A stretch of DNA of 64,000 nt. Origin: Gammaproteobacteria bacterium. GTDB lineage: Bacteria > Pseudomonadota > Gammaproteobacteria > Magnimaribacterales > TMED112. Shown one piece after another: positions 36,218 to 45,297 of this stretch (position 1 is the stretch's first letter; every line of letters starts with the position of its first letter). Location: positions 17,992-81,991 of the forward strand of contig JBJLJD010000002.1 of assembly GCA_045563435.1 (NCBI GenBank). The letters are read 5' to 3'. A program made the translations under genes and the position numbers. Under the pieces are notes generated by a model. The model did no database searches, was not told the origin of the DNA, and saw only the letters and a list, made by a program, of their open reading frames with translations.

Positions 36218-37326
36218 CAGATCTCCACTCAATCGATCTTAAGAATAAGTTTGTTGGGCTAAGAGTAGATTTAAATGTTCCTTTAGAAAGTGGAGAAGTA
36301 TTAAGTCCTGATAGATTATCAGCTGCTTTGCCAACAATTTTATATATTCTTGAACATACAGATAATCTCTGCCTCATAAGCCATCTTGGTCGCCCAAAAG
36401 AAGATGATTTTGACTCAAACCTTTCTTTGAAACCAATAAAAGAGTGGTTTGAAAAAAGATTGAACAAAAAAATATCTTTAGACAATGAAATTAAAAAAAG
36501 TGAAGGAATAAAGATGCTTGAAAATATTCGTTTTTTCAAAGGAGAAAATGAAAACTCTGAAAACTTAGGACAAAAGCTTGCAGATATTTTTGATGTTTAC
36601 ATTATGGATGCCTTTGCAACAGCACACCGAAAATCCGCTTCAACTTATGGAGCTATAATTAAATCGAAGATTAAATCACCTGGACTTCTATTTAGCAATG
36701 AAGTCAGAAATTTAAAAGAAATTCTTAATGAACCAAATCGATTAGTAAGCATAATTGGTGGTTCTAAAGTTTCAACTAAGCTTGAAGTGGTTGAAAATTT
36801 ACTGCAGAAATCTGAAAAGATTATTGTTGGAGGTGGTATTGCTAATACTTTCCTTAGAGCAGTAGGATATGAAATTGGAGAATCAATTTATGAAGAAAAC
36901 ATGTTAAAAAAATGCTCACAAATGATTAAAAGTGAAAAAGTTTTATTGCCAGAAAAAGTTTATGTCGCAAGCTCTCCGTCTGCTACAGAAGTTAATTTAG
37001 TTGATGTTGGAAAAGTGCCAAAAGAAATGATGATTCTAGATTTAGAATTTAAGAGTGAGCCTGTGTCAAAATATTTTAATTTCTTATGGAATGGTCCATT
37101 GGGTATTTTTGAGATAGATCTTTTTTCAAATGGAACAAAGCAACTTATTGATTTTTTATCTCAACCAAATAGAAAAGTAATTGCAGGTGGTGGTGAGACA
37201 ATTTTTGCAATTAACAAGTTTTCTGAGAAAAAAAATTTTCATTATGTGTCTACAGCTGGAGGTGCTTTTTTAGAGTATTTATCAGGTAAAGACCTTCCAT
37301 CCGTTGAGGCATTAGAGTTAGAATAA
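36214..37326 (+). CDS. pgk: Phosphoglycerate kinase
   Basis: RVDLNVPL, ISHLGRP, and STAGGAFLEYL. Confidence 0.93.
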   Translation: MTDLHSIDLKNKFVGLRVDLNVPLESGEVLSPDRLSAALPTILYILEHTDNLCLISHLGRPKEDDFDSNLSLKPIKEWFEKRLNKKISLDNEIKKSEGIKMLENIRFFKGENENSENLGQKLADIFDVYIMDAFATAHRKSASTYGAIIKSKIKSPGLLFSNEVRNLKEILNEPNRLVSIIGGSKVSTKLEVVENLLQKSEKIIVGGGIANTFLRAVGYEIGESIYEENMLKKCSQMIKSEKVLLPEKVYVASSPSATEVNLVDVGKVPKEMMILDLEFKSEPVSKYFNFLWNGPLGIFEIDLFSNGTKQLIDFLSQPNRKVIAGGGETIFAINKFSEKKNFHYVSTAGGAFLEYLSGKDLPSVEALELE

Positions 37327-37332
37327 CTATCA

Positions 37333-38346
37333 ATGAATTTTTCAAATTTGAGCTCCATAGCGAACTATATTGTTGAAAATGGAAAAGGTATTCTTGCTGC
37401 AGATGAAAGCAACCCAACTTGTAAAAAAAGGTTTGATACAATTTCTGTAGAATCAACAGAAGAAAATCGTAGAGATTACAGACAGCTCTTATTTCAGGCT
37501 GAGGGGATGTCAAATAATATAGGCGGGGTTATCCTTTTTGATGAGACTATTCGACAAAATACTAATGATGGAACTGCCCTTGTAGATTTAATAAAACAAA
37601 AGAAAGCACTTCCAGGAATAAAAGTTGATAAAGGCCTTGCTCCTTTTGAAAACTCAGATATAGAAAAAGTTACACAAGGTATAGAAGATCTTGACTCTAG
37701 GTGTGCGGAATACTTCAAGATAGGTGCTCTTTTTACAAAATGGCGCGCAGTGATAAGTATTGGAAACAACTTACCTTCACAAGGATGCATTGATAAAAAT
37801 GCAAAACTTCTTGCTAGATATGCAAAGATTGTTCAAAAAAATAATATGGTTCCTATAGTTGAACCTGAAGTCCTAATGGATGGCAGTCATAATATTGAGG
37901 AATGTTATGACGCTACCTCAAGAACATTAAAGTCCCTTTTTCAAAATCTTGAGGAAGAAAATGTCGATATAACAGGAACTATACTAAAGCCAAATATGAT
38001 AACACCCGGATCAGAGTTTCACGAAAAGATAAGTGTTGAAACTGTTGCTAAGGAAACCTTAAGGTGCCTGCATGAGTGCGTTCCAGATAACCTTCCAGCT
38101 ATTACATTCCTTTCAGGTGGACAATCAGAAACCGTTTCAACTGAGCATTTAGATGCAATGAATAAGATTGGAGGTTTTCCATGGAAGCTAAGCTTTTCAT
38201 ATGGAAGAGCTTTACAAGCTGGAGCTTTAAAAGCTTGGCTAGGTAAATCAGAAAATGTTGATGCAGCACAAAGCGCATTTTCTCATAGAGCTTTAATGAA
38301 TAAAAAAGCAGCACTGGGTCAATGGTCAAAAGATTTAGAAGTTTAA
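37333..38346 (+). CDS. fba: Fructose-bisphosphate aldolase, class I
   Basis: GILAADES, Schiff-base lysine context ILKPNM, and LSGGQS. Confidence 0.9.
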   Translation: MNFSNLSSIANYIVENGKGILAADESNPTCKKRFDTISVESTEENRRDYRQLLFQAEGMSNNIGGVILFDETIRQNTNDGTALVDLIKQKKALPGIKVDKGLAPFENSDIEKVTQGIEDLDSRCAEYFKIGALFTKWRAVISIGNNLPSQGCIDKNAKLLARYAKIVQKNNMVPIVEPEVLMDGSHNIEECYDATSRTLKSLFQNLEEENVDITGTILKPNMITPGSEFHEKISVETVAKETLRCLHECVPDNLPAITFLSGGQSETVSTEHLDAMNKIGGFPWKLSFSYGRALQAGALKAWLGKSENVDAAQSAFSHRALMNKKAALGQWSKDLEV

Positions 38347-38347
38347 T

Positions 38348-38884
38348 TTGAAAAAACTTGCAGTTTTTCTTTCTTCTGGAGAACCTAATTTCCATATAAA
38401 ATCAGATCTAGACAAAATAGCAAATTTTCTTGCCAAACAAAAAATATGCCTATTATATGGAGGAGGTAAGCTTGGCTTGATGGGCTATCTCTCTCAAAAA
38501 ACAAAAGAATATAACGGATATGTTGAGGGTGTAACAGTCGATATATTTGATAAGAAAAAATATACTCCAGACTATATTGATTCTCTCGAAGTTGAAACAA
38601 ATTTTTATGATAGGAAGAGAAAATTAAATGATAATTCAGATGCATTTCTTATACTGCCTGGTGGGATTGGAACAGCAGATGAATTCTTTGATGTCTTAAA
38701 CCTAGCAAGTCTTGGTTTAATAACTAAAAAAATTATTGTCTACAATAAAAACGATTGTTGGACAGATTTACTTACATGGATAGATAAAGCTAAAAATATG
38801 GAAATGTTGCGTACTATTCCCAAAAACCTAGTAATAGCTGAAAATATAGATGAGCTTATTTTTGCTTTAAAAAGTTATGCCTAA
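38348..38884 (+). CDS. LOG-family (TIGR00730) nucleotide 5'-monophosphate nucleosidase-like protein
   Basis: PGGIGTADEF (PGGxGTxxE) and an upstream GGG motif (LLYGGGKLGLMG). Confidence 0.75.
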   Translation: MKKLAVFLSSGEPNFHIKSDLDKIANFLAKQKICLLYGGGKLGLMGYLSQKTKEYNGYVEGVTVDIFDKKKYTPDYIDSLEVETNFYDRKRKLNDNSDAFLILPGGIGTADEFFDVLNLASLGLITKKIIVYNKNDCWTDLLTWIDKAKNMEMLRTIPKNLVIAENIDELIFALKSYA

Positions 38885-40793
38885 GTTTGATATTAAGAAT
38901 TTTGTAAATCCACATATTGCTACCCTTGAAGACTTTAATTCACAATATAAAGAATCAATTCAAAATCCAAGTTCCTTCTTTCTAAAAAAAGCCATTTCTC
39001 ATCTTTCTTGGTTTGAGGAGCCAACTATTGGACTTAATGGGAGTTTTGAAGAACCTAAATGGTTTGAAGATGGAATACTAAATATAAGTTATAACTGCAT
39101 TGATAGACATGCAAAAAAAAATCCAGAGAAAATTGCAATTATTTGGCAAGGGGATCAAGAGAGCAACTCTAAAGAAATTTCTTATCAAGAACTTCTTAAA
39201 GAAGTTTCAAAATTAGCAAATGGCCTTAAGTCTTTAGGTGTTAAAAAGGGCGACAGAGTATGCATTTATATGCCTATGATCCCTGAAGCAGCATATTCAA
39301 TGTTTGCTTGCATGAGAATAGGGGCCATTCATTCTGTTGTTTTTGGGGGCTTCTCACCAGAGGCAATTTCATCAAGAATTCTTGATGCTGATTGCGAATA
39401 TGTAATTACTGCAGATGAAGGAATTAGAGGAGGCAAAACAATCCCACTTAAGTTCAGCGTAGATAAAGCATTAGAAAAATGTCCAAAAATCAAAAAAGTG
39501 ATAGTTTTTCAATACACAAAAACAGATGTTAATTGGAATAATAAATTAGATATTACTTATGAAGAATTAGTTACTAATCAGCCAATAGAATGCGAATGTG
39601 CTGAGTTAAAAGCTGAAGACCCTTCATTTATTCTTTATACTTCTGGCTCAACAGGAAAACCTAAAGGAGTACTACATACAACTGCAGGTTATCTTTTAGG
39701 TGCAAATCTTTCATTTAAATATATTTTTGGAATTAGAGATGATGATATACATTGGTGCACTGCAGATGTAGGCTGGATAACAGGCCATACTTATATCCTT
39801 TATGGACCTCTATCAAATGGAATTACAACAGTCATGTTTGAAGGAGTTCCGACTTATCCAGATCCCTCAAGGTTTTGGAAAGTATGCGATCAACACAAAG
39901 TAAATATTTTTTATACTGCACCTACTGCAATAAGAGCGCTCATCGCACAGGGTGACAAGCATCTTGAGAGTACATCTCGAGATTCAATAAGAGTTCTAGG
40001 GACAGTTGGGGAGCCTATAAATCCCGATGTTTGGAAATGGTATTATCAAAAAGTAGGCAAAAGCAATTGTGAAGTAGTAGATACTTGGTGGCAGACTGAA
40101 ACAGGCTCAGTTTTGATATCACCTATTGCAGGTGTCACTCCAAAAAAACCTGGCTCAGCAACTTTACCTTTTTTTGGCGTAAAACCTTCACTAGTAGATA
40201 GCGATGGAAAAGAGCTTGAAGGCGATGTAAAGGGCAATCTTTGCATAGATTCATCCTGGCCAAGTCAAATAAGAACTGTCTATGGTGATCATAAACGAAT
40301 GACTGATACTTACTTTAGTCAGTACAAGGGTAAGTATTTTACTGGTGATGGGGCTAGAAGAGACATAGAAGGTTACTACTGGGTAACAGGAAGAGTTGAT
40401 GATGTCTTGAATGTTTCTGGACATAGAATTGGAACTGCAGAAGTTGAGAGTGCAATCGTAAATCATGAAGATGTTGCTGAAGCAGCAGTTGTTGGAATAG
40501 AGCACGAAATAAAAGGTCAGGCAATATACGCTTATGTAATTTTAAAAGATAATGATAAAGATAAGAAAATAATTAATATTGAAATTCTTAAAGAGGTTTC
40601 TAAAATAATAGGAAAAATTGCTAAGCCAGAGGTTATTCAATTTACAAGAGACTTGCCTAAGACTAGATCGGGAAAAATTATGAGAAGAATTTTAAGAAAA
40701 ATAGCAAATAATGAATTTAAAAATTTAGGCGATACAACAACACTCGCAGATCCCTCAATAGTAGAGGAGCTAATAAAGAATAAAAATGAATGA
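38877..40793 (+). CDS. acs: Acetyl-CoA synthetase
   Basis: AMP-binding signature YTSGSTGKPKGV, WWQTETG, and C-terminal PKTRSGKIMRR. Confidence 0.95.
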   Translation: MPKFDIKNFVNPHIATLEDFNSQYKESIQNPSSFFLKKAISHLSWFEEPTIGLNGSFEEPKWFEDGILNISYNCIDRHAKKNPEKIAIIWQGDQESNSKEISYQELLKEVSKLANGLKSLGVKKGDRVCIYMPMIPEAAYSMFACMRIGAIHSVVFGGFSPEAISSRILDADCEYVITADEGIRGGKTIPLKFSVDKALEKCPKIKKVIVFQYTKTDVNWNNKLDITYEELVTNQPIECECAELKAEDPSFILYTSGSTGKPKGVLHTTAGYLLGANLSFKYIFGIRDDDIHWCTADVGWITGHTYILYGPLSNGITTVMFEGVPTYPDPSRFWKVCDQHKVNIFYTAPTAIRALIAQGDKHLESTSRDSIRVLGTVGEPINPDVWKWYYQKVGKSNCEVVDTWWQTETGSVLISPIAGVTPKKPGSATLPFFGVKPSLVDSDGKELEGDVKGNLCIDSSWPSQIRTVYGDHKRMTDTYFSQYKGKYFTGDGARRDIEGYYWVTGRVDDVLNVSGHRIGTAEVESAIVNHEDVAEAAVVGIEHEIKGQAIYAYVILKDNDKDKKIINIEILKEVSKIIGKIAKPEVIQFTRDLPKTRSGKIMRRILRKIANNEFKNLGDTTTLADPSIVEELIKNKNE

Positions 40794-41544
40794 TGACAAA
40801 CTTGTTTTAATTTCTGGTTCGGGTAGAGGTCTTGGAGCATCTATTGCTGAATCTTTTGCAAATAGAGGCTATAAGGTTGCTATAAATTACTTTAAGAGTG
40901 AAAAACAAGCATATGAATTAGCAGATAAATTAGGCTCCAATGTGATACCTTTTTATGCCGATGTTTCTTCTAAAGATGATGTTATTAAACTGAACAAAAA
41001 TATTTGCGATGCATTCAAAAAAGGTCCAGATATCTTGGTGAATAATGCTATGACTGAATATTTGTTTAATGGTGATTTAAGAAAAAAGGCCCATGAGATC
41101 ACCTGGGATGAGATTCAAAATCATCTGGATATAACAATCAAAGGATCATTTAATTTGATTCAAGAGCTTTTTAAAAATATGAAAAAAAATAATTTTGGAA
41201 GAATAATAAATGTTGGAACAAACTTATTTCAAAACCCAGTAGTTCCATATCATGATTATATTATTGCTAAATCTGGTTTATTAGGATTAACAAGAAGTTT
41301 TGCCAAGGATCTTGGTGAATTTGGTATAACAGTCAATATGATATCTGGAGGTTTGCTTAAAGTTACTGATGCCAGTGCAGCAACACCTGACGAAGTTTTT
41401 GATGCAATTGCGTCAATGACACCTTTGCAGAGAGTTACTACAACGAATGATTTCTCAGATGCACTAATATTCTTTGCTTCAGAGGATGCAAGATCAATAA
41501 CCGGTCAAAATCTTACAGTAGATGGCGGGTTAACTTTCAATTAA
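40786..41544 (+). CDS. Short-chain dehydrogenase/reductase (FabG-like)
   Basis: SGSGRGLG cofactor loop, catalytic YIIAK, C-terminal ITGQNLTVDGG. Confidence 0.8.
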   Translation: MNDDKLVLISGSGRGLGASIAESFANRGYKVAINYFKSEKQAYELADKLGSNVIPFYADVSSKDDVIKLNKNICDAFKKGPDILVNNAMTEYLFNGDLRKKAHEITWDEIQNHLDITIKGSFNLIQELFKNMKKNNFGRIINVGTNLFQNPVVPYHDYIIAKSGLLGLTRSFAKDLGEFGITVNMISGGLLKVTDASAATPDEVFDAIASMTPLQRVTTTNDFSDALIFFASEDARSITGQNLTVDGGLTFN

Positions 41545-41547
41545 AAA

Positions 41548-41566
41548 GGCAGACCAGCGGTCTGCC
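41548..41566. terminator. GC-rich hairpin terminator between convergent genes
   Basis: GGCAGACC-AGC-GGTCTGCC is a perfect 8-bp stem. It is flanked by AAAAA on the plus strand, which is a T-run for the minus-strand 98-aa gene. Confidence 0.7.
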
Positions 41567-41588
41567 AAATATAAACGCAATTAAATGC

Positions 41589-41885
41589 CTAAGAGATTTG
41601 TCTCAAATTTTTAAACCTACAAGTCATGAAGCCATTATGATGATTTATCAAGAATGAGTCATTGATTACATCTTTAGAATTGAAGGAAATCTTATATGGT
41701 TTCTTTATAGTGCAGGACTTAGGTGTAATAATGTCGCCTTTAAAATAAATATCATCTTTCAATTTAAAAATGATATCTTCATTTTTCATAATAAAAATTT
41801 GATCTATATCTTTTACAGAAAAATGGTTGTCTGAGTGCAATATTGACCCAAACAATAATAAAAATAATAAATAAAAAGTTTTCAT
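41589..41885 (-). CDS. Small secreted protein of unknown function (98 aa)
   Basis: Signal peptide MKTFYLLFLLLFGSILHS. The mature ~80 aa contain two Cys. AAGGA Shine-Dalgarno sequence, a consensus promoter and its own terminator. Confidence 0.65.
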   Translation of the reverse strand: MKTFYLLFLLLFGSILHSDNHFSVKDIDQIFIMKNEDIIFKLKDDIYFKGDIITPKSCTIKKPYKISFNSKDVINDSFLINHHNGFMTCRFKNLRQIS

Positions 41886-41902
41886 ATTTTCCTTTTATAA
41901 GT

Positions 41903-41946
41903 ATGTCACAAAAATGTCACACAAATGTAATATACATGTAACTAGT
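41903..41946. repeat. Four direct repeats phased at exactly 11 bp (ATGTCACAAAA / ATGTCACACAA / ATGTAATATAC / ATGTAACTAGT)
   Basis: ATGT recurs at 41903, 41914, 41925 and 41936. The first two units are identical over 8 nt. The units span roughly +1 to +20, the -10 box and the spacer of the promoter above. Confidence 0.6.
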
Positions 41947-41957
41947 ATTTCTGTCAA
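41929..41957 (-). promoter_or_regulatory. Near-consensus sigma70 promoter for the 98-aa secreted protein
   Basis: Read on the minus strand: TTGACA (41957-41952), 17 nt, TATATT (41934-41929). The predicted start near 41922 gives a ~37-nt leader with an AAGGA Shine-Dalgarno sequence. Confidence 0.6.
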
Positions 41958-42060
41958 TTAGGTGATTAAAAATTAATCAATTTGATTTTGCTTATTCTTT
42001 CTAGAATACTTTTTCTTTAATGGTTTTACCCTCATTTTGTACTTTGGAGTTTTTAGATCT

Positions 42061-42783
42061 TTAGCTACTGGATTTCTTTTTTTTCTCATTGCTAAATAAT
42101 AAGCCTAATTCAAATAACAAATACATGGGCACAGCAAGAAGTATTTGTGAAATTACATCTGGTGGGGTAAAAATCATGCCAAAAACAAAACACGAAACAA
42201 GAACTATACCTCTGTATTCCTTAATTTTATTTTTATTTACAATATTTAAAGAGATTAATATATTTACAATCAATGGTACTTGAAAAGCTATTCCGAAAGC
42301 GAAGGATAGTGTGAGTACAAAGGAGTAAAATCTAGAAATATCAGTAGAAATTTCAAGATTGCTTGGCCCTACTGTTGAAAAAAATGCAAGTGCATTTGGA
42401 ACTACAATGATTAAACAAAAAATAACTCCTGCATAAAATAAAATAGTTGCTAAAAATGTTTTTGAAAAAATAGCCAGTTTTTCAGACTTATATAATCCTG
42501 GTGCCATAAAGCTTAGAATTTGCCAAAGAAATATTGGAAGTGAGACTAAAAAAGCAATAAATAGCACAAGTTTCAAAGGAATCAAAAATGGAGAAGTTAC
42601 TTCAATAGCAATTAGAGTCTTTTGATCTACTAAATCCAAGAAGTGCAAAAAACCATCAAATAAATAATTTGTAAAAGGCAGTAAAACAATGACTGAAATT
42701 ATAAAAATAGTAATTGAAAATAAAATTCTATTTCTTAATTCTCCAAAGTGAGATGAAAGGCTATTGCTCATCTTCTTTATCAA
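42061..42783 (-). CDS. tatC: Twin-arginine translocase subunit TatC
   Basis: 240 aa, six TM segments, SHFGELRNR near the N-terminus. Lies downstream of tatA and tatB. Confidence 0.92.
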   Translation of the reverse strand: MIKKMSNSLSSHFGELRNRILFSITIFIISVIVLLPFTNYLFDGFLHFLDLVDQKTLIAIEVTSPFLIPLKLVLFIAFLVSLPIFLWQILSFMAPGLYKSEKLAIFSKTFLATILFYAGVIFCLIIVVPNALAFFSTVGPSNLEISTDISRFYSFVLTLSFAFGIAFQVPLIVNILISLNIVNKNKIKEYRGIVLVSCFVFGMIFTPPDVISQILLAVPMYLLFELGLLFSNEKKKKSSS

Positions 42784-42997
42784 ACTCTTTCATTTTTTTT
42801 TCGTTAAAGACTTCTTGCTTTAATTCTTGATAATTAAATTCTCTCTCTAAGTCTTCTTTTGCATTGTCAAACGTAGAGCGGATCTTTATAAAAGACTTCA
42901 TTAGATCCCTTAGGTATTTTGATATTTTTTCTGGTTTTGCAGCAACAAAAAAAACCAGAATAATAATTAAAAGTTCAGGAATTCCTATCTGAATCAT
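42761..42997 (-). CDS. tatB: Twin-arginine translocase subunit TatB
   Basis: [18 protein letters not shown]: an N-terminal TM helix with conserved Glu8, then an amphipathic helix. Lies between tatA and tatC. Confidence 0.8.
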   Translation of the reverse strand: MIQIGIPELLIIILVFFVAAKPEKISKYLRDLMKSFIKIRSTFDNAKEDLEREFNYQELKQEVFNEKKMKEFDKEDEQ

Positions 42998-43133
42998 TAT
43001 CCTCTTTAATCTCTTTTTTGAAACCTTTCAAAGCTTTTCCTATATCACTTCCTAAAGTTCTTAATCTTTTAGTTCCAAAAACTAAGATTATTATTGCTAG
43101 AACAACAATTATCTGCAGCCAACCAATGGTCAT
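42975..43133 (-). CDS. tatA: Twin-arginine translocase subunit TatA (52 aa, absent from the ORF track)
   Basis: Hand translation: [52 protein letters not shown], the classic TatA pattern (FG.K.L...G...G......FK). Coordinates are anchored to the neighbouring track ORFs and may be off by 1 nt. It overlaps the ubiB stop and the tatB start. Confidence 0.8.
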   Translation of the reverse strand: MTIGWLQIIVVLAIIILVFGTKRLRTLGSDIGKALKGFKKEIKEDNDSDRNS

Positions 43134-44521
43134 TTTATATCTCCATAGTTTTGATCAAATATTTCTTGTGTTTCCTCAAATCTTTTCACAATCATATATG
43201 TAAGTATATGTTTTTTTGATACAAGATACTTTACAAGACCTTTAACACTATACTTATCTTTAAACCAAGTTTTTAAGAACGGATTTGCTACACTCCAAAA
43301 GTCTAATTCAGGATAAATTTGTCTTCCCATACCCTCGATATGAACTAGAGTTTTAATTAAAAGCAAAAGATCATTATCTAAGTAAAGATTGAATGGTCTC
43401 ATAGCTTCAAGAAGATTTAATAAAAGCTCACCAAATAAAATTTGAGACAAAGGTTTATCAAGTAAGTGTTCACAATTAATTCTTAAAATATTTTCTAATT
43501 CCTCAGTTTTTGTATCTTCACTCACCCAATTAGCAAAAATGAAAAGTTGAGCCAAAGAATAAAAATCTTTTTTAAGTAAAGAAGATATCATCTGCGCAAT
43601 TAATATTTGATTAGACTCAGACAATGAGCCACATATGGCGTAATCGACTGCATAGTAAAAAGGTTTTTTTGGCGATGTTTTAGCAGCAAAAATATTTCCA
43701 GGATGCATATCAGCATGGAAAAAATTATCTTGAAAAACTTGTTTTAAAAAAATTTTTACTCCACTCTCTGCTAAAGCTTTAAGGTTCAATTTATATTTCT
43801 TTAACTCTTTTATATTTGTAACAGGAATTCCATCAATATATTCCATAACAATTATTTTTTTAGTTGTATATTTTTCTACAATTGAGGGCACATAAAGAAA
43901 ACTACTATCCTGAAAATTTATGTATGTCTTTTTTGCATTATTTGCTTCTAAACGAAAATCTAATTCATTATTAATAACTCTTTCATAATCATTAATGATT
44001 TTCATTAAATCTATCCTTGGATACGATTTTACAAAAAATCTTAATATCCTAATTCCAAATTTTACGAGGTTAATATCTTTTAGAATCTTCGCTTTAAGAT
44101 CCGGCCTTTGAACTTTGACAACAAATTTTTTTTTATCCATAAAAAAAATATGTACTTGTGCGAGTGATGCAGACGAAAGTGGTGTTTTATCTATGTTATT
44201 AAGTATATTTTTTGATTTTTTTCCTAGTTCAGTTTCAATAGTGTTTTTTATGTAATCAAAGGACACTGCTTCACAATCATCAGTGAGTTTATTTAACTCT
44301 TTTGAGAGTTTTTTTGATACTAAATCTGTTCTTGTAGAGAGTAACTGACCTAATTTTATATAGACCGGGCCAAAATCCTCTAATTTCTCTTTAAAATTTT
44401 TTTCTGGATTTTTTTTATTTATAAATGGTACTAATAGAAAATTATATCTAATTCCAAATGTAGAAAATATTCCAGATTCCCGTATTTTAAAAAATATATA
44501 AAAAAGTCTAAAAATGTTCAT
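43130..44521 (-). CDS. ubiB: Ubiquinone biosynthesis atypical kinase UbiB (ABC1 family), 463 aa
   Basis: [21 protein letters not shown], and [10 protein letters not shown]. Lies between ubiE and tatA. Confidence 0.9.
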   Translation of the reverse strand: MNIFRLFYIFFKIRESGIFSTFGIRYNFLLVPFINKKNPEKNFKEKLEDFGPVYIKLGQLLSTRTDLVSKKLSKELNKLTDDCEAVSFDYIKNTIETELGKKSKNILNNIDKTPLSSASLAQVHIFFMDKKKFVVKVQRPDLKAKILKDINLVKFGIRILRFFVKSYPRIDLMKIINDYERVINNELDFRLEANNAKKTYINFQDSSFLYVPSIVEKYTTKKIIVMEYIDGIPVTNIKELKKYKLNLKALAESGVKIFLKQVFQDNFFHADMHPGNIFAAKTSPKKPFYYAVDYAICGSLSESNQILIAQMISSLLKKDFYSLAQLFIFANWVSEDTKTEELENILRINCEHLLDKPLSQILFGELLLNLLEAMRPFNLYLDNDLLLLIKTLVHIEGMGRQIYPELDFWSVANPFLKTWFKDKYSVKGLVKYLVSKKHILTYMIVKRFEETQEIFDQNYGDIK

Positions 44522-45267
44522 TTAATACCAGAATGAATACACACTATTCCGTTTGTTAGGTCTTCAAATGAGACTTTTGAAAATTTATTTTTTTCCAACA
44601 TTGATTTTAGTTCTTTCTGATTTTCATGAGTTCTAATTGATTTAACTAAATACTCATAACTTTTTTTATCATCTGAGACTAATTCACCAATAGTTGGAAT
44701 AATTTTGTAACTATAAAAATCATAGAGCTTTGAAAAGGCCACATTATTAACTTTTGAAAACTCAAGAATCCTTAAAGAACCACCTTTTTTTAAAATTCTA
44801 TAAATATCTTTTAACGACTTATCCTTATCCGAAAAGTTTCTAAACCCAAATGAGATGAAGACATGATCAAAAAAATTATCCTCAAATGGCAAAGACTCAG
44901 CCTTACTTATTTCAAATTTCGATTTATTTATAAAGCCTTCATTCGCAGCTCGCTGTTTTGCTTTAAGTATCATTTCCTTATTTTGATCAACTAACCAAAT
45001 ATTTGATGAAGGGGAATGTTCATAAATTAATTTAGCGATATCTCCTGTACCTGAAGCTAAGTCAAGAATTTTAGACTTATCTTTGATATTTGTGTTTTTT
45101 ACAAATTGCTTTTTCCAAATCCTGTGCAGACCAAAGGACATTAAATCATTCATCAAGTCATAATTATCAGCAACCTGAGAGAAGATTTTATTTACTCCTT
45201 TTGTTTTAGCTTTTTTTTCAACTTTCTCGTCTCCAAAAAATACTTTTTGATTATCTTTACTGGTCAT
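44518..45267 (-). CDS. ubiE: Demethylmenaquinone/ubiquinone C-methyltransferase UbiE
   Basis: YDLMNDLMSFGLHRIWK and SAM motif LDLASGTGD. Confidence 0.93.
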   Translation of the reverse strand: MTSKDNQKVFFGDEKVEKKAKTKGVNKIFSQVADNYDLMNDLMSFGLHRIWKKQFVKNTNIKDKSKILDLASGTGDIAKLIYEHSPSSNIWLVDQNKEMILKAKQRAANEGFINKSKFEISKAESLPFEDNFFDHVFISFGFRNFSDKDKSLKDIYRILKKGGSLRILEFSKVNNVAFSKLYDFYSYKIIPTIGELVSDDKKSYEYLVKSIRTHENQKELKSMLEKNKFSKVSFEDLTNGIVCIHSGIK

Positions 45268-45297
45268 ATAGAATTATTGTTTGAATAGAGAGTATAA

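Noticed and set aside
41991-42010. A short AT-rich inverted repeat (TATTCT...AGAATA) downstream of tatC that might be a terminator.
   Set aside because: The stem is only 5-6 A/T-rich base pairs with no adjacent T-run. It is indistinguishable from background in this composition.
41973-42035. A 20-codon, highly basic minus-strand ORF (MRVKPLKKKYSRKNKQNQID) in the spacer downstream of tatC.
   Set aside because: It has no Shine-Dalgarno sequence, is very short and AT-driven in composition, and sits just upstream of the proposed -35 box. It is most likely non-coding promoter-upstream DNA. Only conservation or ribosome profiling data could rescue it.
42950-43270. My base-by-base reading of the printed sequence in this interval appeared to be 1 nt out of register with the ORF-track coordinates for tatB, the 43018 ORF and the ubiB stop.
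   Set aside because: The register agrees again at 42783 and at 44518, and the track ORFs are internally consistent. I treat this as my own counting error in homopolymer runs, not as a frameshift or pseudogene. The tatA coordinates are anchored to the track and carry an uncertainty of 1 nt.
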